Shown here one piece after another: positions 45,999 to 54,112 of a stretch of 64,000 bases of DNA (its first letter is position 1; every line of letters starts with the position of its first letter). A program made the translations under genes and the position numbers. The stretch covers positions 32,001 to 96,000 of the forward strand of contig JAZDKJ010000006.1 of NCBI GenBank assembly GCA_043803105.1. The letters run 5' to 3'. The stretch comes from Candidatus Woesearchaeota archaeon. GTDB lineage: Archaea > Nanobdellota > Nanobdellia > Woesearchaeales > JAZDKJ01. Under the pieces are notes generated by a model. It was given only the letters and a program-made list of their open reading frames with translations, made no database searches and had not been told where the DNA came from.

Positions 45999-46643
45999 TC
46001 AAGGCCTCTTCTTTATCCCCTTTGTTATCCTTGACAGTTCGCTTACATTCTCTGTGAATGTTGGCAATATTTGCTGGAACACCTTTTCCATTGCCTTTAT
46101 TTCAGTGCCCACGTTGAGAATGTTCTGGTCATATTCAGCTATCTTTCCAATTAGCGCCTTGTGCAATTTGTCAAAGCTCTCCTTTAGGTCTTTCATCTCC
46201 TGCTCGTTCTTGAGTAGTCTTGCCTCTGTCTTGTCTTTCCAATCCACTATCTTGTTGATGTTCTTTATGAGCTCGTCCCATTTTTCATCGATTATGGTCT
46301 CTGCCATCTCTTCGATGCGCTCCCTCTCGCCTCCAAACATTGCCTGGGATGGGTATTGCTGGCCCTGGTCATAGCCTTGCTCTTGTGGCATAGGTTGCTG
46401 CATCTGCATTTCCTGGTATCCCTGCTGTGGAGCTCCTGTTTGCAGGTCAGCCTGGCTTAATGCATCAAAAATCCTTGCAGAATCAAATCCATCCCGTTGA
46501 AGTGTTTGTACTATCTGGTTGTTTGTTAAGCCTTGTTGCCTCATCATCATGACTTGGTCCACAGGCAAGCCGCTCCCTGGTTGCGGATTGTATTGTGCTG
46601 GTGCGCTGCCTTGGCTCTTCTTTCCAAAATTGAATAGGGCCAT
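45999..46643 (-). CDS. Hypothetical protein: HTH-like N-domain, Gln/Pro linker and coiled coil
   Basis: GLTNNQIVQTLQRDGF, then IEEMAETIIDEKW and heptad repeats. Confidence 0.7.
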   Translation of the reverse strand: MALFNFGKKSQGSAPAQYNPQPGSGLPVDQVMMMRQQGLTNNQIVQTLQRDGFDSARIFDALSQADLQTGAPQQGYQEMQMQQPMPQEQGYDQGQQYPSQAMFGGERERIEEMAETIIDEKWDELIKNINKIVDWKDKTEARLLKNEQEMKDLKESFDKLHKALIGKIAEYDQNILNVGTEIKAMEKVFQQILPTFTENVSELSRITKGIKKRP

Positions 46644-46687
46644 CTTTGTTTCACCGCTTTTTAGCTAGAACATGCAGTCGACGATAT

Positions 46688-47095
46688 TTAAACCTTTCGT
46701 TCAGCTAGCATCTCCTCAATTATCTTTTCTACCTCTCTTCTCGTCACAAAATTCACCGGCGCCCACATGTTGATGTATTTCTGCAGCACATTGACCTCTT
46801 CTTTTTTTGCGCAGAGCCTTATCTCCTTGATTATTAACAGCAAATTGTTTTGCATATCATCCAGGATGTGCCTAAGTTCGTTGATATCCATGTTTACCGT
46901 CTTTATCTCTGTGATGTTTTTCTTGTTGTAGCTTAGCATGTTCTGGTCTGTTACCTGCATCTTTCTTCGCAGGTTTGTGTACTGCTCTTCGAGTATCCTG
47001 AGCCTTCGGGTTAGTAAGGTTACCTCGCTTAGTTTCTCATTTTTGTCTTCTGCGAACATGGTTCGCTTCTTGTCGTCAGGGATAAGGCTATCCAT
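46688..47095 (-). CDS. Coiled-coil hypothetical protein
   Basis: RRLRILEE and LQKYINMW.P..FVTR. ATG 47095 is preceded by GAAGGGA (track start 47161). Confidence 0.7.
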   Translation of the reverse strand: MDSLIPDDKKRTMFAEDKNEKLSEVTLLTRRLRILEEQYTNLRRKMQVTDQNMLSYNKKNITEIKTVNMDINELRHILDDMQNNLLLIIKEIRLCAKKEEVNVLQKYINMWAPVNFVTRREVEKIIEEMLAERKV

Positions 47096-47233
47096 GACAA
47101 GTCCCTTCTCTTGGCAGTTTATTAAATTTATGTTCCCATACTGTAGTGGTACATGCACCATCGAAAGCTTTATTAAGCACTATATTATAAAATGTACAAA
47201 ATAAATAAAAAAATATAAAATATATTTTATAAT

Positions 47234-47383
47234 ATGAAGCGTCCTATTAGCGCAACGATTGATGAGGGTCTGTTAGATTGGGTTGATTCCCAATTGGCTG
47301 ACACTAAACGGTATAGGAACAAGTCTCATCTAATTGAGATTGCGCTTGAGCTGTTAAAGTCTGAGGTGCAAAAAAAGAGGTAG
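47234..47383 (+). CDS. Ribbon-helix-helix regulator (49 aa)
   Basis: Below the track cut-off. Translation: MKRPISATIDEGLLDWVDSQLADTKRYRNKSHLIEIALELLKSEVQKKR. Ends 3 nt before the pilus ATPase gene. Confidence 0.8.
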   Translation: MKRPISATIDEGLLDWVDSQLADTKRYRNKSHLIEIALELLKSEVQKKR

Positions 47384-47386
47384 ATC

Positions 47387-49669
47387 ATGGCTTTGTTTTC
47401 GTCTGAAAAAGTATGCAGTTACGAGCTCGTTCACCAGGGTGAGGACACGATCCTCCGGGTCAATTGCGAGGAGTGCTCCCGCATCCCTAGTGTTGAGGAT
47501 AATGGTTTGTGCATGGCAAAGACCATTGAGAAGCTTAGCGAGGCTGGCAATGTCACCAAGCTCGTCTTTGCTCAGAAGCGGGATTATGAGTATGATTATG
47601 CCCAGACCCAGATGCTCTTAGAGGTTGCAAGGCTCTACACAAAGCTTGTGAGGCAGAGGATTGTAAGTTATGATGCCCTTTCCCAGAAGCTTCCGAGAAC
47701 TGGCACTGACGATAAGTATGCTGAGATACAGAACATTGTCTATCATCTCTTGAAGAGTGATCCCCTTGGCGCCTATGTTGAGTTGAAGCGCATTCTAAGA
47801 AGGGAGAAGATTGAGCTTGAATCCCTGGCTGATCCAAACATGGTAAACAGCCAGCAAAAGTACATTTCTGTGATATCCTATCTGATCAATGTGCTGGACA
47901 AGACCCGGCTTGTTACTGTCGCCAAGCCCTATCTTGCAGGCTATCAGGTCGGCGACCGCGACATTTACAGACGGCTTTTCTCTCCCACAATCAAGCCCGA
48001 TTTCATGTATACAAAGCTCATGGCTAATTATCCTGTTGATGGTGAGGAGATGGACAGCTACGACGTAAACGGCGCCGAGATCACAATCTTTGGCCTTCCG
48101 GATACGACACAGGTGCTCTATCATGTTCTTCCACCTGAATTCAAGCTTAGCGAGGACAAGTACGACCTGCTTGATATTGCTAGGAAGATCCTCTCAGAGC
48201 ACAAGCCCAACAAGTCTGAGTTCGTAGATCCAGAGCGCATGCGCCATGTTTTTTCTTCAGTTGGTTCGGACCTTCTTGAGGAGCTCTCTGCCAACAGGGG
48301 CATGAGGCTAAGGGATTCTGAACTTCAGGAGTTGACTGAGATCCTTGTTAGGTATACAGTTGGTTTCGGCCTTATCGAAGTTCTGCTAAATGATGAGAAG
48401 GTTCAGGATATTACGATTAATAGCCCGATGGGCCAGATTCCCATGTTTCTTGTTCATTCTGATTATGATGACTGCAAGACAAATATCATCCCCACTATGA
48501 CTGAAGCAGAGTCTTGGGCCTCCAAGATGAGGATGATTTCCGGTCGACCACTTGATGAGGCAAATCCCATCCTAGACACCGAGCTTGTCTTGCCAGGTGC
48601 TAATGCTCGCGTCTGTATCGTTTCACCCCCTTTGAACCCCAGCGGCCTTGCTTATGCCTTCAGGCGCCACAGAGACAAGCCATGGACTTTGCCGCTTTTC
48701 ATTAATAACAGGATGATGAACCCGTTGGCTGCTGGGGTCTTAAGCTTCGTGATTGACGGTTCAAGGACAATACTTGTTGCAGGAACAAGGTCTGCAGGCA
48801 AGAGCTCCCTTCTCGGTAGCATGCTTGTTGAGATTATGCGTAAGTACAGGATAATAACTATTGAGGATACTCTTGAGCTTCCATGTGACCAGCTGCGAAA
48901 GCTCGGTTACAACATCCAGTCCTTGAAGGTTGCCTCAGCCCTGTCAAAGGGCGGTGCCGAGGTGCCTGCTGATGTGGGCATCAGGACCACCTTGAGGATG
49001 GGTGACTCTTGCCTGATTGTCGGTGAGGTGCGTTCAACCGAGGCTCGATCCTTGTATGAGGCTATGCGCGTCGGAGCTTTGGCAAATGTTGTTGCAGGCA
49101 CAATTCACGGTGATTCCCCGTACGGTGTATTCGACCGTGTGGTTAACGATCTCAACGTCCCGAAGACGAGTTTCAAGGCAACTGATATTATTGTTGTTGC
49201 AAACCCTGTGAGAAGCGCTGACGGATTGCACAGGTGGAGGCGCATCACGCAGATAACTGAGGTGCGAAAGCACTGGCAGGATGACCCGATGGCTGAGAAC
49301 GGTTTTGTCGATCTTTTCAAGTACGACGCAAGGACAGACCAGCTTGAGCCTTCAAAAGATTTGATGAATGGTGAGTCAGAGATTCTCAAGTCCATAGCAG
49401 GGAATGTCAAGGAATGGGCTGGCAACTGGGATGCTGTCTGGGAGAACATAATGCTGCGCACCCAGATAAAGCAGGCTATTGTTGATTCTGCCAACACCCT
49501 GCGCATGCCTGACCTGCTTGAGGCAAAATTTGTGATCCAATGCAATGACCAGTTTCACCGGATTACCGAGCAAGTTAAGGAAGAGTTTGGTACTGTCGAC
49601 GCCAAGCGCGTTTTGTTCAACTGGACGAGCTGGTTGAATAGGACAGTCAAAAAAATCAATTTGAGCTAA
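47387..49669 (+). CDS. Type II/IV secretion (type IV pilus) ATPase, VirB11/TadA/FlaI family
   Basis: GTRSAGKSS, TIEDTLEL, LRMGD..IVGEVR and GTIHG. Confidence 0.92.
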   Translation: MALFSSEKVCSYELVHQGEDTILRVNCEECSRIPSVEDNGLCMAKTIEKLSEAGNVTKLVFAQKRDYEYDYAQTQMLLEVARLYTKLVRQRIVSYDALSQKLPRTGTDDKYAEIQNIVYHLLKSDPLGAYVELKRILRREKIELESLADPNMVNSQQKYISVISYLINVLDKTRLVTVAKPYLAGYQVGDRDIYRRLFSPTIKPDFMYTKLMANYPVDGEEMDSYDVNGAEITIFGLPDTTQVLYHVLPPEFKLSEDKYDLLDIARKILSEHKPNKSEFVDPERMRHVFSSVGSDLLEELSANRGMRLRDSELQELTEILVRYTVGFGLIEVLLNDEKVQDITINSPMGQIPMFLVHSDYDDCKTNIIPTMTEAESWASKMRMISGRPLDEANPILDTELVLPGANARVCIVSPPLNPSGLAYAFRRHRDKPWTLPLFINNRMMNPLAAGVLSFVIDGSRTILVAGTRSAGKSSLLGSMLVEIMRKYRIITIEDTLELPCDQLRKLGYNIQSLKVASALSKGGAEVPADVGIRTTLRMGDSCLIVGEVRSTEARSLYEAMRVGALANVVAGTIHGDSPYGVFDRVVNDLNVPKTSFKATDIIVVANPVRSADGLHRWRRITQITEVRKHWQDDPMAENGFVDLFKYDARTDQLEPSKDLMNGESEILKSIAGNVKEWAGNWDAVWENIMLRTQIKQAIVDSANTLRMPDLLEAKFVIQCNDQFHRITEQVKEEFGTVDAKRVLFNWTSWLNRTVKKINLS

Positions 49670-49672
49670 AAA

Positions 49673-51814
49673 ATGTCAAGTGCTGAAGTCCAGGAGTTGA
49701 TGCGTAAATACAAGGACAAGATAGACTCACAGTTTGGCACTGATGAAAAGGAGCCTCTGCCTGTCGAATCCCGGGAGTATCAAGAATTCAAGAAGGCCAC
49801 CTTGCCGAAGGCGATGACCATATATGAGTCTCTCTGCAACCAGGCTGAGCATCTTCTTAAGATCAAGCCTGATCCCAAGCGCGAGCAGGAGTTGCAGGAA
49901 GCCATTAACATCTGTCATCTCAATGTCACCCCTTCCGGTACAGCGAGCTTTGCGATTGTCTACCCGCTGCTCTTGATGGTTGTGGGTGGAGCCTTCAGCT
50001 ATCTTGCGACTGGCAGCATGTTCTTTGTTGCTTTCTTTCTGATTTCCGGAAGCTTGCTGATGGTTTTCCTTGGAAAGATTCCTCAGTACCTCGCTACTTC
50101 GTGGAGGATGCGCGCAAGCAACCAGATGATTATATGTATTTTTTATGTTGTGACCTATATGAGGCACACGAGCAACCTCGAGAAAGCGATTGCCTTTGCT
50201 GCAGACCACCTTGCACCCCCGCTCTCTCTTGACCTAAAAAAGGTTCTCTGGGATGTGGAGACAGGCAAACGCGAGTCTGTTAAGGAGAGCCTTGAGACAT
50301 ATCTTGAGTCTTGGCGCAAGTGGAACCTTGAGTTCATCGAGGCCTTCCACCTGATTGAGTCATCACTCTACGAAGGCCTGGAGGAGCGAAGGCTTGCATT
50401 GCTCGATAAGAGCCTGGACGTAATCCTCGAAGAGACCTATGAGCGCATGATGCATTATGCGCAGAACTTGAAGAGCCCCATAACGATGCTTCACATGATG
50501 GGCATAATCCTTCCAATCCTTGGCCTTGTTATCCTCCCTCTTGTGGTTAGCTTTATGGAGAACGTGAAATGGTACCATATTGCCACCCTTTACAACATTG
50601 TCCTGCCGATATCTGTTTATTATCTTGGCAAGACCATCCTTTCGACAAGACCTACAGGCTACGGTGACACTGATATCGCTGAAGAGAATCCTGAACTAAA
50701 GAAGTACCGCAACATCGTGGTCAATTTTTTCGGTGCTGAGATCCAGATAAACCCTCTGCCTGTCTCTGTCTTCATAGGTGCTGTCCTCTTTTTCATAGGT
50801 ATAAGCCCCCTCGTGATTCATTTTCTTAGCCCTAGCTTTGACATGCAGATAGTCGAAGGCGTTGAACTTATTGGTTATAGGGAATCTGTCACGACCCCTG
50901 GCTTGATTCTTGGTCCTTATGGCATGGGTGCTGCTGTCTTGAGCCTATTCGTTCCCTTGAGTTTTGGCATAGGTGTAGGCCTTTATTATAGGTTGCGCTC
51001 GCAGAATGTGATAAAGATTCGTGAGCAGGCAAAGCAGCTTGAGGACGAGTTTGCCTCAGCCCTTTTCCAGTTAGGCAACAGGCTTGGAGACAACATTCCT
51101 GCTGAGATCGCCTTTGGTCGTGTAAGCGATGTGATGGAGGGCACAATCTCAGGCAATTTCTTCAGGACTATAAATACCAACATAAAGAAGCTGGGCATGA
51201 GCGTGCCGGACGCAATCTTTGATTCAAAGGTAGGTGCCCTTGTTTATTTTCCAAGTAATGTCATTGCAAGCTCGATGAAGGTTCTCATCCAAAGCATCAA
51301 GAAAGGACCTGTTATTGCAGCCCAGGCCCTGCTTAACATCTCTCGTTACATCAAGGAAATTCACAGGGTGAATGAGCGCTTGAAAGACCTCATGGCTGAC
51401 ATTATCTCATCAATGAAATCCCAGATTAGCTTTCTCACGCCAGTTATCTCTGGCATTGTTATTGGAATCACTTCCATGATAACAAATATAATCGGTAAGC
51501 TCGGCTCCCAGATGAAGACCCTTGGAGGCGAGGCTGGTGGTACTGCTTCAAGCATGGCTGACTTCTTTGGTGATGGGCTTCCAACCTATTATTTCCAGAT
51601 AGTTGTCGGTGTATATGTTGTGCAGATTATTTTCATCCTGACGATTCTTGCAAATGGCATCGAGAATGGCGAGGACAAGCTCCAGGAGCGCTACATGCTC
51701 GGAGTCAATCTGATTAGGAGCACTATCATTTATTGTTTTGTCGCAATGTTTGTCATGGTCGTTTTCAACATCATAGCGATGAACATAATGGGCGTCAATG
51801 TCCCCACGCAGTAA
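49673..51814 (+). CDS. Type IV pilus membrane platform protein (TadC/FlaJ-like, duplicated domain)
   Basis: Multiple TM helices and two T2SSF-like cytoplasmic domains (NLEKAI; EDEFASALFQLG). Directly follows the ATPase gene. Confidence 0.8.
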   Translation: MSSAEVQELMRKYKDKIDSQFGTDEKEPLPVESREYQEFKKATLPKAMTIYESLCNQAEHLLKIKPDPKREQELQEAINICHLNVTPSGTASFAIVYPLLLMVVGGAFSYLATGSMFFVAFFLISGSLLMVFLGKIPQYLATSWRMRASNQMIICIFYVVTYMRHTSNLEKAIAFAADHLAPPLSLDLKKVLWDVETGKRESVKESLETYLESWRKWNLEFIEAFHLIESSLYEGLEERRLALLDKSLDVILEETYERMMHYAQNLKSPITMLHMMGIILPILGLVILPLVVSFMENVKWYHIATLYNIVLPISVYYLGKTILSTRPTGYGDTDIAEENPELKKYRNIVVNFFGAEIQINPLPVSVFIGAVLFFIGISPLVIHFLSPSFDMQIVEGVELIGYRESVTTPGLILGPYGMGAAVLSLFVPLSFGIGVGLYYRLRSQNVIKIREQAKQLEDEFASALFQLGNRLGDNIPAEIAFGRVSDVMEGTISGNFFRTINTNIKKLGMSVPDAIFDSKVGALVYFPSNVIASSMKVLIQSIKKGPVIAAQALLNISRYIKEIHRVNERLKDLMADIISSMKSQISFLTPVISGIVIGITSMITNIIGKLGSQMKTLGGEAGGTASSMADFFGDGLPTYYFQIVVGVYVVQIIFILTILANGIENGEDKLQERYMLGVNLIRSTIIYCFVAMFVMVVFNIIAMNIMGVNVPTQ

Positions 51815-51838
51815 ATCGCGATGTGCTAAAAGAATCAA

Positions 51839-51926
51839 TGGGTCTGCCCGGATTTTCGTTCAGCTCTCTCGAACCGGGGACCTTCACCGTGTGAAGGTGA
51901 CGTCATAGCCACTAGACTACAGACCC
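51839..51926 (-). tRNA. tRNA-Val(CAC) with a 15-nt T-loop intron (59/60; 51853-51867)
   Basis: GGGTCTG/CAGACCC with A73, anticodon arm TCACC-TTCACAC-GGTGA and T stem CCCGG/CCGGG enclosing TTCG-AGA...CGAA-AAT. Confidence 0.9.
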
Positions 51927-51992
51927 GTATACTTTGTTGTTTCACATGCCTATTTTAATTTATTGGATTCTCAAACTGTCAAGATGAGGCAG

Positions 51993-52652
51993 CTAAGGAG
52001 CAGGTGTGCTAGAAGTCTGTTTTGCCTCAAGTTTCTGCTTTACTTTGTTTGCATACTTGTGGGCAAGTGCCAGCGGCAGAGGTACTTTGTAGGGTTCTTC
52101 TGCGAACTTTTTGACGATCTCGATGCTTGTCTTCAGGCTGATGAGGTGTCCTGGTGAGACCACAACAGGATTGCCGGTTTCCTTTATTTTAACCTTCTTT
52201 CCAACAGCTTCCTTGTCAATATATATAGAGTCGCCCCGTACTATTCCGTATAGGGGTTTTTTCGCTACTCCTATTGTTGGCTTGTTCAAAAGGAGTCCTA
52301 TGTGTGATGCAAGTCCTATTCTTCGCGGATGCAAAATCCCGTTCCCTTTTACTATAAGTATGTCTGGTTTGTTGTTCAGCTTGTTGTATGCCTCGATTAT
52401 TGCCGGCGACTCCCTGTACGCCAGGAATCCTGCCACATACGGGATTTTTGTCTCAAGCACAGCGTATTTTTTCTCCACTATTGCCATTGTCTTGGCGTCT
52501 ATAACCACAATTCCACAAATTATCTGGTTGCCCATCGCTAATTGGTCCACACCAGCTATGGTTGAATAACCTTCAAACTCATCCTTTAGAATTATCTTTA
52601 GGGCGAGCTTTTTTTGCTCTTCCTTTAGCTTTTCCAGGTTTAGATCCACCAC
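51993..52652 (-). CDS. nfi: Endonuclease V family protein with a catalytic Asp replaced by Lys
   Basis: AGVD, PYVAGFLAYRE, VKGNGILHPR, PTIGVAK and SPGH. Confidence 0.85.
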   Translation of the reverse strand: MVDLNLEKLKEEQKKLALKIILKDEFEGYSTIAGVDQLAMGNQIICGIVVIDAKTMAIVEKKYAVLETKIPYVAGFLAYRESPAIIEAYNKLNNKPDILIVKGNGILHPRRIGLASHIGLLLNKPTIGVAKKPLYGIVRGDSIYIDKEAVGKKVKIKETGNPVVVSPGHLISLKTSIEIVKKFAEEPYKVPLPLALAHKYANKVKQKLEAKQTSSTPAP

Positions 52653-53187
52653 TTTTGATTAACCCCGTCAATTCCGAATGAAGCTGTGCGATTCTGTTCG
52701 CAGCCATAATCCCGAATTTCTTTTTAAAGCTTTCTAGTGTGCTCGAGAGAGTAATACATTCGTCGTTTTGGCCTACCAGTTTGTCAGCATAACAGACAAT
52801 CTTTTCCTCTGTTGTTAACGGCAAGAAGTCTTTTCTTGGCAGCCTAAGCCTTCGTTCGATTATGTCCTCTTTGCGCAGTCCTCCCCCTAAGTGCCTTTCT
52901 GCAATCCTCGCCAGACTGCAGTGCCCTTCAGCCCTCAGTATTTTTGCTCCTTCGATTCCGTGTCTTTCTGAATCTTTCCATGGTGGGCACTTGTATCTTC
53001 CTATGTCATGCAGGAGTGCTCCACACCTGACAAGGTTCAAGTCCGCCTCAGGAATCCTCTGTGCGATTTCCTCTGCGACCTCCCTAACTTTGATTGCGTG
53101 TCGCAGCACTATCCTGAAGGTTCTATCGTCAGGGCTGTATTTCTTGAGGAGCTGAACAGCCTGTTTTTTATTCATAATATCCTTCAC
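52579..53187 (-). CDS. HDIG-type HD-domain phosphohydrolase
   Basis: H..KV, LLHDIGR, HG..GA, ERH.G.G and EEKIVCYADK. Confidence 0.85.
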   Translation of the reverse strand: MKDIMNKKQAVQLLKKYSPDDRTFRIVLRHAIKVREVAEEIAQRIPEADLNLVRCGALLHDIGRYKCPPWKDSERHGIEGAKILRAEGHCSLARIAERHLGGGLRKEDIIERRLRLPRKDFLPLTTEEKIVCYADKLVGQNDECITLSSTLESFKKKFGIMAANRIAQLHSELTGLIKSGGSKPGKAKGRAKKARPKDNSKG

Positions 53188-53221
53188 GAAAGCACTGATT
53201 ATTAAGCTTTGGGGATTAGGC

Positions 53222-54109
53222 GGTTCTGTAGAAAGTCATATTAACCCGAGCAGCCGTTAGGCTGCTTGGGGGTGGGGAGCACGCCCCACCATGAGAAGTA
53301 AAGAGACACTGAAAGAAAAAGCTTACTATTTGTGGAAGAAAGCAGGACTTCCTAAGTTCTTGAATCACTTCGGTCCGAAGAAGACACCTGCATGGAAGGT
53401 CTATCTGTGCTACCTCGAGTACACAGCGCATGCTCCGGCATGGAGAAGGGTGGCTGGATTTATGGAAGATTACCATAGCGAAAAAAGGCATTGGACATCT
53501 TGGCAGAAGGCCATTGCGAAATGGCCTCAGAGCGTCTGGGACGCTCTGAAAGTGGCTAGCATCGAGGCTGACGAATGCAAAGTCGGAGCGATTGACGGCA
53601 CCACACTCACAAGGAGCGACGCCAGCCAACACTACCTGAAGCGCATCGACCGCGAAGACAAAGTAGGCAGGCCAGTTCAAGAGGTGCTCCTGGTAGACAT
53701 TGCCAAGCGTAAGTTCCTGTCGTGGCGCATCCGCGCCACACCCCGAGGAGAGAAATGCGATGTACCTTATCTTATCAGAACATGCCCTGTCCAATTAGAT
53801 GGCGTCGTTATGGACAAAGGATTTGACAGCAATCCCTTGTATGGATTTCTGCGGGACGCAGGAATCTGGAGCGTCGCTCCAGTCAGAAAAGGATGCAAAA
53901 GAGGTCAGTACCGTCGACAGCTAAGAGACTGCTTCGACTGGGCACTCTACTGGCAGAGAAGCATCATCGAAAGCATGATCAGCGCGGTTAAAAGACTATT
54001 TGGCTCGCACGTCCGTGCTCGCACTGCGCGCATGCAGCGCGCAGAACTATCCATGAGACTCATCGCTTACAACATAGGCGCAATAACAATCACGACTTTC
54101 TACTAAGCC
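53222..54109 (+). mobile_element. Insertion sequence, IS5 family (IS903-like ends), 888 bp
   Basis: Imperfect TIRs GGTTCTGTAGAAAGTCAT and GGCTTAGTAGAAAGTCGT. 9-bp direct repeat GGATTAGGC at 53213-53221 and 54110-54118. Confidence 0.88.
53291..54106 (+). CDS. DDE transposase (DDE_Tnp_1 / IS5-like)
   Basis: AIDGT, MDKGFD and YWQRSIIESMISAVK. The stop codon lies inside the right TIR. Confidence 0.9.
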   Translation: MRSKETLKEKAYYLWKKAGLPKFLNHFGPKKTPAWKVYLCYLEYTAHAPAWRRVAGFMEDYHSEKRHWTSWQKAIAKWPQSVWDALKVASIEADECKVGAIDGTTLTRSDASQHYLKRIDREDKVGRPVQEVLLVDIAKRKFLSWRIRATPRGEKCDVPYLIRTCPVQLDGVVMDKGFDSNPLYGFLRDAGIWSVAPVRKGCKRGQYRRQLRDCFDWALYWQRSIIESMISAVKRLFGSHVRARTARMQRAELSMRLIAYNIGAITITTFY

Positions 54110-54112
54110 GGA

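Noticed and set aside
53216-53794. 192-aa antisense ORF inside the IS
   Set aside because: Shadow of the transposase with no recognisable motifs.
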